Positions 39,992 through 52,451 of a DNA stretch of 64,000 nt are shown in pieces (the stretch's first letter is position 1; the number at the start of each line of letters is the position of its first letter). A program made the position numbers and the translations under genes. Under the pieces are notes generated by a model that searched no databases, had not been told where the DNA came from, and saw only the letters and a program-made list of their open reading frames with translations. The DNA comes from Paecilomyces variotii (taxonomy: Eukaryota): NCBI GenBank assembly GCA_004022145.1, contig RCNU01000001.1; one strand, written 5' to 3'.

Positions 39992-41521
39992 TTAGTACCA
40001 CTGAGCACCAGCACCATCATCCCGCTTCGAACGGTGAGTTGCATAAGTACCTGCAGCAGCACCCTTTGAAGCAGAACGAAGCCTAACGCCGAAGACTATG
40101 AGATTAGTCAGATTCTTGAACCAGAGATCCTCAAAACGCCCAGCGTGACTCAAAACACCAAACGTAGAGGAGAGGAGTTCCCTACACGGAACCTAGGTTG
40201 CAGATACTCACATCCTGTCACTCCCTCCCACAGCACGATTGGTGTCTGGAGTGTCCATGGTGCCACTGGGCAGGACCTTGCGCCTGGGGCCGGAGACAGC
40301 ACCCGGCTGCTTAGCCACAGGAGCCTGGTTGGGAGCAGCGTTGACCGCAGGACGGCGTTGCGCATCCTCGGCCTCCTTCTCCTTCTTGTTGTTGGCGTCA
40401 ACAATCATGGCGGCATTCTTCTGGTACTTGTAGACAGTCCAGTCAAAGACGTAGTCGTACTGGAACGACTCGCGGACAAAAAGATCCCGGAAGATCTTCC
40501 GCAAGTAGGAGTAGTCGGGCTTGTCGTCGAAGCGCAGAGACCGGGTGTAGTTGAGGTAAATGGCGAATTCGTTGGGGAATCCACGGCAGAGAAGCTCAGT
40601 GGGGGTGGTCATCTTCTTCTCCATGATGCGGTCGTACTTCTGCTTCTTGGTAGCAGCCTTCAGTCCCTGCCAGGGAAGGGAGCCACGGCAGAAGTACAGC
40701 ATCACATAGCCCAGAGACTCCATGTCGTCACGACGGGACTGCTCGACACCAAGATGGGTGTTGATACTGGCATAACGGGCAGTACCAGTCAAGTTCTTGT
40801 TCTCGCGGTAAGGAATGTGGAAGTGAGTCTTTGGGTCACGGTACTTCTTGGCAAGACCGAAGTCGATCACGTTGACCTGGTTTCCGCGCTTGCCAATTCC
40901 CATGAGGAAGTTGTCGGGCTTGATATCACGGTGGATGAAAGACTTGGCATGGATGTACTCAATCCGAGAGATGAGCTGGTCAGCCAGGAGGAGGACGGTC
41001 TTCAGGGAGAATTTGCGGTTGCAGAAGTTGAACAGATCCTCGAGGGAAGGACCGAGAAGATCGATGACCATAGCATTGTAGTCACATTCAGTACCGAACC
41101 AGCGGACGAACGGAATACCAACACCGCCAGCGAGAGACTTGTAGACGCGGGCTTCATATTCAAGCTGGGGGTGCTTGGCCTTGACACTCTCGAGCTTGAT
41201 GGCAATCTCCTCACCGGAGATGATGTTGGTGCCTATAGACCTGGTCAGTCCATCATAACACAACCAACGACACAACCAACACATCCAAGAATCCACATAC
41301 CCAGATAAATATCACCGAAACTGCCGCTACCGATCTTGCGGCCAATGCGGTACTTGTTGCCGACACGGAGATCCTAGAGACGTCGAGTCAGTTGGACTAT
41401 CCCATGGAAGAAGAGCCGATAAGCAATCCCAGAAGCAGATGCGGTAGGCCATGATCTTCGATAAGTATTTTCCATCCACAGCTCTTCCAGTGAGGGGTCT
41501 CCAACTAACCATTGTCGTCAT
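39992..41521 (-). CDS. ckiA: Casein kinase I (delta/epsilon-like; CkiA/Hhp1/Hrr25), 4 exons
   Basis: Exons 41521-41510 (MTTM), 41373-41301 ([13 protein letters not shown]), 41232-40212 ([26 protein letters not shown]), 40082-39992 (..LRSASKG..QWY*). The last exon is inferred from splice signals. Confidence 0.95.
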
Positions 41522-44500
41522 TGTAGTAAGAGGACACAGCTAGCCGCCGCGGAGAGCTGATTTTTTGTTTTTTAAAAAAAGGGGGTAATGTGTTTCAGAA
41601 CCTGCATAACGGAGAAAACAGAGTCAGCAGAAGTCCAGGAGACCAAAGAGACGATGTCCAGATGTTGAAGATTTTATATGGGGTGCCAAAAAAACGTTCC
41701 GCGTGCATCCAGTGACCTGAGTGCACCCCAAGTCACAGTCCGGTTGTCAGTGCTTGTACCGACACGATATGGGGACCCAGGCCATCCGCCAAGTACAATA
41801 ATTGGTGATTCCCCACCGACACAAGAACCCATACAACTCCAGAACCAGGTGGATATGAGTAGCAGAAGAGACGAAGAAGCAGACCAGAGTACACTGGAGG
41901 GAGGACCGACGAACCTTGTAGAGGTTAACTGTTGTGACAGGGGGGGGTGCTTTTGTCAAGGTGAGCCGACCGTGACGAGATGGGGTCACGACGGGAAATC
42001 AAGGACAAAGATCGATAAGGAACGGTGCCAGGAGCAACCGTGGATGAAAGACCACACTGAGAAGGAAGCACAGGGGCCAGGAGAAGAGGGAACGAAGAGA
42101 AGATCAAGGGCAGAGCCTTGATAATCAAAGGTGGTGATGGAGCGAGAAGGGGAGGAGAGGAAGAGAGGAAGAAGAAGACGATGAGGCAAGTCGGTGAAGC
42201 CGCCCGGAGAGCGAGAGAGAGAGAGAGTGAAGGGCGCGAGGGGGGAAGCGCTTAGCGAGAGGCAGGAGCCGGCGGACCTAGCGTGACGATACGGTAAGAT
42301 TGGGCCTCACTCGCTCCACGCCCCCTTTTAACCTATCTAAGAGTACAATAATATGAGAAGCATTCTGCCGGAGTATTATTATTATTATTATGGTATTAGT
42401 TATTATGGTATTATTTGTTATCATGGTCACTATATACCAATACTCTAGTGAATATTATCTGCTGTCCTGCACAGATGGCGAGACCATCGGACACAGACAA
42501 TGACAATGCCACTGCGCAGCCACCCAGCTGACCGAGGCACCCGCTGAGGCAAATCTAGAGATGGAATTGATGTGATTATACCGCATCTGTCCTCCCTGCG
42601 TTTTGCCTCCCGCTTGATACCATAGATACTCCAAGCAGAACGAGGACAAGGGATTCGTCAACGGCTCCTGTCGACCGCTGGACGGACTGGATTTGTTCAA
42701 CCTCAGTGAGATCGGCGATCGGCTCGGCTTCCAGGTCGATACCCAACCCAACCACAGATACCAACAGCAAAATAACGCCTGAATTTAATACTCCCTCTAA
42801 GCGAGTTGGGGGCTGGGTGTAGAAGACGATGTGTTTCAAAGCACGCACGATGAGACTGCCGTTATCGTCCGATCTGCCTCCTGGTTGTCTCTAATAATAC
42901 TCAAATGGACTCTAGTCTCGGGAATAAAAAGGAACTCGATCGGGCGGCTAGCCGGGCAGACGCCGGCAATCTCTCTCTCTGGGAAAGGCAGGAATTCACT
43001 AACATAAATAACAATAATAATAGTTTAGTACGTCGTAAGGTCGGTGAATCTCCCGCTGAACCTTGCAAAAAGGATCTGGACAGAAAACTTAATAATTGCC
43101 GCAAAAAGATAGTTATGGTACATACTAATTTGATACCCCGCTTGCTTGCGTTGTCGGGCTTCTTGACGGGGCTATCTACCGTCTTCCTATCATCACTCTG
43201 CTGACTTTTAATTCCTACTCGGGAGAGATGCATTCAATGGATTTGCTGTACTACCCAATAATGCATGCTGCCAGCCTCGTGGTCATTCCGCGGGAGCTGA
43301 GCCACTTTGTGTATGTGAAGTAACCAGTATATACAAGTGCCGCAGCTCAATTGCCTCACATATCTCACACTGTGGTGCAGATGCCATTGGGAAATACAAG
43401 TCAGTATCTTACACCACAGCAGCAGCCATCCTCTAATGACACACATTCCATGACGATGATTATTATTATTATCATCATTATTATTATCGGCCCGACCAAA
43501 GCACATACTATAATTTGAATTGCCTCACTCCGGCAACGTCTTCAAGCGGCTCTCCCCGTTGGCCACCTAGATAGACAAAACAAATACATAATCTAATCCC
43601 CTTAGTTCCCGACCGGCTAGTTGGCTTTGCATATCATCCTGACCAGGCTGCCGCAGAACCGTTCCACTGGGCATTTGCCAGCGAAGAAGCATCGTCCTGC
43701 CTGCTTCTGGAACAGGAAAATTGGGATTCCAAGTGAAACTAGTGGGCTGCAGTTGCAGGCCCGGAACTTAATCCAATGCGCTGTCAACTCTACGTGCCTG
43801 CATCTTGTGAATTAATGAGTTTCCTCGAATCGCCACATCAAGCTATTGCCCTCCTCTCCAACCTGGTATGTTTCTTTATTGTAAAGTAAAACTACTAACT
43901 AATAGTTATACTTCATTTTTTCCCAACGGTAGACTCTTCCAAACACTGCAATTGATATCCATAAACAACGATCAATTGCCTCCGTGTCTCATCTATTCAA
44001 TTGCATCAACAAGACATCCCAATTATCTAAGAACCGACTCTTAACTAACTTAACACCGCACCTTCCTAATCCCATCTCACATAATCCAATACTGGTCTCA
44101 GGATTCAGAGCTCAGGCTCAGGCTCAGGCACCTTAATTTTAGAAAAAAAAAAGAAAAGAAAAGAGTCTCCACTATAAGCCCAGCCTTGTTCAAGAGGGTC
44201 AGAAGGAACAGTATTATTCTCATAAATAACGACTGCAAGGGCCTTTCTACACCGCCGTGCATCGAGCACACCAACCACTGAATTATTTCCCGCCGCCACC
44301 ATCGTCATTATACATACTCCCCTATTCATTTAATATTTTGATTTTTCAGACCTGGAAAGACGGTGCAATGTGTCCTACCTACTATAATACTCTGGGACAT
44401 GATATGTGCTACTTATCTCGTTGTTTGATTGGTTAAAAACGAACTGACTCGAAAAAAAGACACAAAGGAGAAATATTCGAAGGGTATTCTAGGAAATAAT

Positions 44501-45205
44501 AATTGACAGTTGAGACACAACGTTAAGAGAAGTACGAAAGCCAAGAAAATGCTAGACTTATAATTCTCCACGGAAGAACGGATCAAGATACAGAGTGAAA
44601 GCGGATATTTATTCCTGCAACCACTGTTTCCGATCGATAGCATTAAAATTGACAAAAGAGCCCAGAGAAGACTGATCTTCACCCTGAACATCGTAGTAAT
44701 CATACAACCACAAATTTGAAGATACAAAAAAAAAGTAAGACGCAAGAGTTAAACAGTCCGCATGGGTATGGCGGAAGAAAAGAGAATAACCATTCATGAG
44801 AAAAGTGAAAAAAAAAAATAAAAATAAAAATAAAGATAAAAAAAAGGTAGAATAGGAGCGCTGAAATGGTATACCCCATGATAACCCGTCATGCGACAAA
44901 ATGAAAAAATAAGCAGTGGATGAAGAAAAAAGAAAGGTATAAAAGATCCCAAGGCTCACCCACAAGTAAACCCTGTATAGAGTGTATGAAGACCCCGGGG
45001 AAAGAGGGAAAGAACAGAAACGAAAATAGACAATGGTCAACGTGTGAATACAGGTACGATTCTATGGCCACTGTGTCCGTATTGTGAATCGTAAGAAAGA
45101 TTGTTTTATGCGTGCAAGGAAGACGTGCAAAGAAGACGTCAAGTCATAGCATGCCAGGGAGCTGGCAGTGCCCGTCAAGGCGGATCGCTAATGAAGCATA
45201 GCTAA

Positions 45206-48200
45206 TTATATCATGTTCGAAGCGTCGGCTGGACTCGTCTCAGTGACGGGAGACCGGCCGGGACTAATCGCTTTCTTCCTCTCGGCAGCAGCGTTCGCTG
45301 CGCCCCCTGCTCGGACTTCCTCTTCTTCCAATCTGCGCCTCCAGTTGGCGAGACTGTCGGTCAAATTGCCAGCATCGTGGGTTTCCTTTGTTGGTGTTCG
45401 GTCGAAATCATACTGATTACTGAGCCGGTAGTTGCGATTTGTGCTTTCCCAATGGTTCCGGAGGGCGTCGAGCTCGCTGGCAAGCGAGTCCAATGCCATA
45501 GAGCCTCGATTGTCCAGGACCGAATCGTCACGGGACACAGCACTATCTGCTCTCGGTCTGGTCCCGGCGCCGATTGTCGCCGTTGAGGCATTGCTGACCG
45601 TTCGCGAAAGCCCGTTCAGGCCGTTGCCGTGCTGAGACTGACGGCGGTAGTTGCCAACAGATGTCTCCACCTGATCAAGGAGCATGGTAACCTTCTGCTC
45701 AGCATCCATAGCACGTGCCTCAAGCAGAGAGTTTTCTCTCTTCAGTTGATCTAGCTCAGCATGGAACCTCTCAACAGTTTCGACAAGCTGCTGTTTGGCG
45801 GTCTGATGTTCAGAGTATAGCTGGTTCTTCTCGGTCCGAGTGTGTGTTAGCTCCGTCTGAAGCGCTTCCACCTGCGCCTCAAGCCTGGACACAGAGGACG
45901 TCATGTTCTCCTGAAGGCCCGACAGAGACTTCTGAAGCATCGTACGTTCAGCTTCCCAGTCGGCCGGTGCAGCAACGCTTGCGCTGGGAGAGCGCTCTAA
46001 ATCCTTCTGGGCACTCTCTAGGTCGGACTGGAGCTTGGCAGTCTGCACTTTGTACTTGGCAAGTTCGTCTTTCATGCGCTTCAGCATCTTCTCAGTGCCT
46101 TTCACGTAATGAACTGCAGACTGGTAATCGTTTTCCAGCTGCTCCAACTTCTCTCGGTATGCGCGGTCTGCTTCTTGTTCACGGGACTCGAATTCGCTCT
46201 TTGTTTCCTCGTGGGCCTTAAGGCTAGCTTGAAGTTGTTGTTCGAGTTCACGCAAACGGTTCTGCTCAGGAGTTCCAAAGCGAGATCCAGGAGAATCCAT
46301 CCTTGGAGATCGCCTATTGTCGGACATGTTGACCCCGCGTTCGCTGAGGAGATCCTTGAGGGCACTGTGTTGAATGGCAAGCGCATTGGCGTCTCTTTGG
46401 TGGTTCTCGATTTGGGCCTTAAGATCTCTGTTTTCAGCAGCAAGGGTCTGGCTCTCTTTCATTGCTGTCTGCAGTTGTCTTCGAAGCTGCAAGCCTTCCC
46501 TGCTAGCTTGTTCTTGATACGCCTCCAGTCCAGCAATTCGCTCTTCCGCTCGTCGAAGCTTCTCCGCTGCTGCATCGGCAGCTGCTTGGTTAGCCTTTGC
46601 AAGTTGGTTCGCTCTTTCGACCTGAGTCTGGAGAACAACAACACGCTGATCAACCAGCGACCTCATGGAACTGTCTGAATCAAATGACGAAGCACGCTCT
46701 AGACCAGACAAAACCGCAACTTTATGGGTTTCCGCTTCACGGGCGTGGCTTTCCGCAAGCTCTTCGGCATCCTTCAACCGACGGGTGGCCCTATCAAGCT
46801 CCGCGGTTTGTTCTTCATATTCCGCCCGAAGTTGCAACAGTTTCTTTTCTAGACCTTCGCGGTGGTCACGTTCTTCCACGAGTTGCTTTTCTAACAATGC
46901 GGATTTCGTGGCTGAGGCAGCTACTGCTTCTCGCAGAGATCCAAGACTGCCGCCGTGATCCTTCAATCGCGCAGAGGCCTCATCCAGCTTGTGAGATAGC
47001 TCTTCCTTGTCGATAGCTAATTGCTTCATTGCAGCCTCTGCCTCAAAGCGACGCAGAGATTCCTCCCTCGATGTAGTCTGAAGTTGATGGAGCTCCGCTC
47101 GTAAACTTTCTAGCTCCAAGGCAGTATTTTGCATTTCTAACTCCGCTAGCCTCTTTCTGGAAGCCTCATTTGTATCCTCGGCCAACTCTCTAGCACGTTT
47201 CTCTTGCTGTAGCTCAACAGACATCGCTTCCAGTTTACCTTTAAGCTCAGACTGAGAGGCAAGTGCAAGAGCTAACCGTCGGCTAATATCCGTTGCACGC
47301 TCAGAGCCTGCTTCATCAGGCTCGCGAGACGAGCTGTCAGGCTGCGGAGTGCTCCGTTGACTTCCACCGTGAGCTGCGAGTTTCGCACGAGCATATGCTG
47401 CTTCGTTGATAGCGGCGTCCCTCTGGTGCTCCACTTCTGCTACTCGCTTCGAGGCAATAGCTGCTTGACGATCAACAGTAGCTTGCATCTTTGCAAGCTC
47501 AGCTCTCATTGCGAGGAATGCTTCGATCAGAGGACGGTCTTCTTCTGCAAATGCATCCGTCGCACGTTCGTCCAGGGCAGGGCTGCCCGAGGGATTTGGA
47601 CTGTAACCGGCCTTTCTAGCAAGCGCTAGTTCTGACGCATACCATGCATTTCGACTCTTCGCCGCTTCGAGCTCCTTTATTAGGGCTTCTTGATGAGGAG
47701 TAAGCCTAGGAGAACGTGGCTCATCCCCGAGGCTTCTGGAATTTCGATGGCTTCGTGACTCAATTGGTCCGTCTATGCTTCCTTGCCTTCCAAGCACAGC
47801 TTCATCTACACTGTCCATCGAGTTCCGCTGCCTTTGTCGAAGAGAGCGTTGCCGGGCCGGTGCACTCACCAAGGGTGCTGCTTCGCCAGCTTCCATGGCT
47901 TTCGCGGAGAGTTTAGATGGTTGTTGGGTCGGGGTCCGTCGTCCAGCTGATATCGGGCTTTGCTCTTGTACCGACCTGACGTCTCTGGGAGAGTCCCTGT
48001 TAACTGGTGACTGTCTGTCTTTTTCCATCGCCCGAACCCTGTCTACGGCGGGGCCGTACGGGCGGTCTGTTTTTGTTGGGGTCTTGCTTCTAGCATTTGG
48101 TCCATATGGAGCTCCTCGAGGTACAGGTGTAGGTGCTTGACCAGGAGGCGGCGGCCCAGAGGGGGGTGCCTGTGCAATCGACGCCCGTGGTAGACGAGAT

Positions 48201-49956
48201 CCTGCTGCTCCTGGAGTTGGGCTAGATTCAGAAGGTCTGCCGCTAGCGGCAGCAAGAACGCTTTCGCGTCCTGGAGGCCCTCTCCTTTGTTGATCTGGTG
48301 TATTTTGAGCCTCACGAGAGGCTCGCCCGGATTGTTGTACAAGCTTTTCCCCGCTCATCTTCCTCATGCCTTGTCCCCTTTCGCCATTCTGTGAATCAGT
48401 CGGGTAACGGATCTTTGAGGTATCGAGCACGTAAGCCATGCTAAGGTCTGCTGGATCTCGAGGAGCCGAGCTGGGTTCACCAGCCATAACGATGATCTGT
48501 TTGCCAAAGGTAGTCATGCTGTGTCCAGATCGCGGAGAAGGAGCCGGCCCCATATTCTGGAAAGAGTACCATCTTTTGGTTGAAATACGGAATGCTGCCA
48601 AATCACCAAGATCCGTACCATCATCACTGCGACCGCCGAACACGTACATAACGTCGTTAACGAGAGCTGCGGCATGGCCCTCTCTGGGCGCAGGTATAAA
48701 CCCAATGCAGTCCAGCTGGGTCCATAGATTGGTACGGGGATCATACGACCAAACGTCATTGAACCATTGAACGCCATTTGTGCCTCCAAATCTAAAGAAA
48801 GTTAGCATATGCCATAGAATGGATTTTAAAAGTATATCTCATACAGATATAGCTTGTCGTTGAAGCTCACGATCGTGTGGTTGGTTCTCGCGGGAGGTAT
48901 CTGTCCAGGAGGAGGCCCTCCGTCGTGGCTATTCCGGATGAGAAACTCCCACTTATTTGCAGGATTCTGAAGAGCATTTAGGTCGAAGGCAATGAGATCG
49001 TTGAAGAAGAAGCCCTCAACCTGACCACCAAAGATGTATATTTTGGAACCGAGAATATTGAGGGTGTGTCCATATCTTCCAGAGGGCCGCGGGCCGGGAG
49101 GAATAGCGCGCGACCATTGTCGAGAAGCTGAATAGTCAATGTAAGCAGGCATCCAGAATCAAACGATTTCGACACATACAAGTATTCAGAAGATATAATG
49201 TATCATCCAGAGTGTCGTTATCATTCATCTTCGTATCTCCGCCAAACACGATGAAAGCGTTACCCACGAGAAGACTAGCATGGCCAACCCTGGGTCCAGG
49301 GCCTTCTGAGACCGTGGCGATGGGAAAGCAAGACAGATTTCCGCCACTGCTCTCTACCATCCACAAGTCTCCCTTAACCGTTGATCCGTCTATTAGACCG
49401 CCCATCATGTAAATATCACCTTCCTTCGAGGCGACAGAGTTGACGGCCGCACCATAACGCGGAAAAGGGTTCGATTGCGGCGTCGAGAAGTTCAACCTCC
49501 GTTGTGACCAAGGATACAAGGCAGCATTGGGACTGCTGTTGGGAGACGGGGTCCCATTCATGGATTGCTGAGCTCGTGGTACCTTGCGCTGAAAATCAGT
49601 GACCGGATCATTTATAGGGATTCCCAGAGTCAAAAAGAAGGAGAAAACATGAATGTTTCTCCTCGAGAGAAGATAGCAAAACATCGAATGAGACCAACCT
49701 GCGACTCGGACTCTGCTCTTGGCCGCACCCGCTGCGCATCTGGCGGGTTGACGCCAGCCACCGAGCTCAACGAATTATTCACACTACCACTGGGAGTAGG
49801 TGACTGCACAGGGCCTCCTTCTCGGTCCCTCGACCCATTGACTGATCCGGACGATGTACTCGACGGTGCGCCTTCCGAGGTGTGGATATTCCGGGTCGCT
49901 GGAGGTAGGCTAGCATTCTGCTGCTGGCTCTTCTTGGATTTGAATAAGAACGCCAT
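45206..49956 (-). CDS. teaA: Kelch-repeat/coiled-coil cell-end marker (TeaA/Tea1/Kel1), 4 exons
   Basis: Exons 49956-49699, ~49588-49180, 49127-48845, 48791-45206. Starts MAFLFKSKK, then kelch repeats (PRVGHASLLVGNAFIVFGGD, GRYGHTLNILGSKIYIFGG, PREGHAAALVNDVMYVFGG) and a long C-terminal coiled coil. Confidence 0.93.
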
Positions 49957-52451
49957 CGTTAAGGTAAGGTCGTAAACGGTCGTCTAAAACGAGAGACTGG
50001 AAGGCCGCAATGGACCGAAAAAAAAGTCACACGAATGGAAAAAAGGCAGATTTCTCTGCCGGTTGTGACCAGCAACTGCACGGTGTATCCTCCAGGGAGA
50101 AGCGATGAAAGGGCGGAGGGCCGCGCGAGCGTGAACGACAAAGGACAAGACGAGCTTAATCTGTACGGAGAAGCATCGGAGAACTGGAGTAAAGTAATTA
50201 AACCAGGGTAAAATCTGGAATCTCGACGGGGTGGATTGATGCCAGCGTCTTGTCTTGTCGGGGAGGGTCAAAGCCGACTTCCCATACGGAGGTCCGCACC
50301 GTGTTCTCTGGGGTTAACTTGACCGCAGACCCTACCGTTGATCGGTCTCACAACTGTCAATCGCAGCTCTGCAGACGCATTAAACAACAGACCAGTACAG
50401 AAAGCAAATAATAATGGGCAACTATGCTGAAAAAGAAAATCTCCAGATCGGTCAGATAATAATAATCATGCAGGCGTTTACGTCAAGGCTTTGGGGCATA
50501 GAGAACGGGCTCCGGCGTTTCAAACTTTCCAGGCGGTCATGTTAAGTTAGGGGGTCAGGAGCGCCAAGGGTCCACGATCCGCCCAAAAGGCGAATAATCC
50601 ACAGGTTAATTACTTGTCCGGAGAAGAATACCATTCATTACAGCATGTTGTGAGCCCTGGCCACTGCGACAAAGCACGGACTCTACTTTTTTCTTCCAAA
50701 ACACGACGTTCGCTGGATTATTGTAATACTGTAGCTAGGGCTATTTTCAGTCTCACTGCTGCCATACTGCGAAATGCTGGGCGGAATGTCCTGCTGTTTG
50801 TGCCGTCGGCAGAGGCCGGACCACCTGCATTCCTAGGGCCACCATCACCTCTGATCGGTGTCCACCAGCCTCAGAATTTGAGATAATTCTCTGGCACCCC
50901 GGATTTCTAGGGGCTCATGACTTTGGAGGCCGCATGAACTGCAACAACAGACGCGCCCACCATTATGCGCGGGATCTTCGACGCTGCTCTTTGTACCCGA
51001 AGCACCTGTTATGGACAGGGGAGGGGGAAAAAGCAAGAGCAGGTGTATACCATATCTAGAGTATAAAAAAGAGGATCAAGGGGTAACGATGGCGCGGAGC
51101 CTTGGAAAGGGAAACCCACACCCATCTCAACGCCAACTGGCTCGCCGGCTGACTCTCCGGATGCGCCAAATACGAAGAAACCAGGCTCAACAACATAATA
51201 AATTCATAGTACGGAGTAGATAGTGGGATGAGTTTTGGCCGTGGCTGGCTACGCAGATGAGCTACGGACTGAGATGAAGAAAGCGGCCCAGAAGGATAGG
51301 CGAATTCCACAGATCCATCCGCCTCGTGCGAGCCGTGACGGAACTGATGTGGAAACGCGACCTGCTCGAACTTCTCCAGCCGATCACTTATCACAATAAC
51401 GAGTATGCTTCCAAAAAAGGAACGTTGTGAGGTTCGTGCATCAAAAATAAGAGGCGTTCCCAGCAGAACATGAGCTCGTATAGGGGCCGCCGGGGCCAGG
51501 GGAAAAGGGGTTTGGGGCACTCCTATCAGAGCCGGTTAAGCGCGATGATCTTTGCTGGGGCCTATGTCGGGGCGTCCACTCACAATATCCGATGCTCCAG
51601 ATGCTCCCGTCTACGCTGTTCTAGTGCCGTGCCGCCGTTGACGAGTTGTCGGTCCATGTCAACGGTTGGGTCGAGTAGAATAAGGTGATAACTATAAGAT
51701 CCAGAGCTTCAGCTGATGTAATTAAACTTTCCTGTGGTGTAGACCATAAATGAACCGCTTTGTATAATCGAAGTTCGAACTACGTAGTTATACCCGTAAG
51801 AAGCTTAGGATGTCTCATTAGATTTCAGAGGTATGCTAAGTTGATCGTAGTAGTTAACTAACTCTCCTTTGTTAATACAGCGAGGAGGGTTAAATGGTAA
51901 AGGCCATAGTTTCTCCGCATAGAAAGACCAGAACGTAGTATCTGGAGCATCGGTTGGCTAACTTCCCACGTATGTGATACATAAAAATAAGCTTCTGGGG
52001 CCATTGGGAGTTCTCGGTATGCCTTACCCGAATCCCGCTTGTGGAAAGGCAATACTGCCCGTAGCTATCAATAATGGCAGACAGGCAGTAAATATGGAGT
52101 GTGACCAAGGGTAACTAGTAGGAGATTCAGTGGCATGTTACTTCCCCACGGAGGAATCGAACTCGATATGTTATCTTGAGTTGTCGAAGGCCTTGAAAGA
52201 TAAGAACGGTGAGCTGTAATTTAAGCCTCCTGTTCTGTGAATTAAGGCACGAAAAAATATTTAAATCTTGGCGAGTATTCTCTCTTTTTAACATACTATC
52301 GAGTTATTAACTTAGAATGCAAGTGTATTGCTATACCTATTGTATCCGTCTGATTTAAATGCCAGACGAGGAGGATAGGTCAACACATATGGACAGAAAC
52401 CATTTTATGCTTAAACTTATGTGATTCTTTGTAAGTAAAATGGAATTCTGA

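Noticed and set aside
40145..41308. 387-aa + strand ORF
   Set aside because: Antisense shadow of the codon-biased casein kinase I exon; no independent protein features.
42470..43210. Protein-like snippets (e.g. NEDKGFVNGSCRPLDGLDLFNLSEIGDRLGFQVD) upstream of casein kinase I
   Set aside because: No start, consistent splice model or recognisable family; may be a pseudogene fragment but cannot be supported without a search.
52140..52170. tRNA-like T-loop on the minus strand (GAGTTCGATTCC)
   Set aside because: The T-stem does not pair and no D-arm or anticodon arm can be folded.
50600..52250. Several 60-150 aa ORFs between teaA and the Helitron
   Set aside because: No recognisable domains or coherent exon structure; treated as intergenic.
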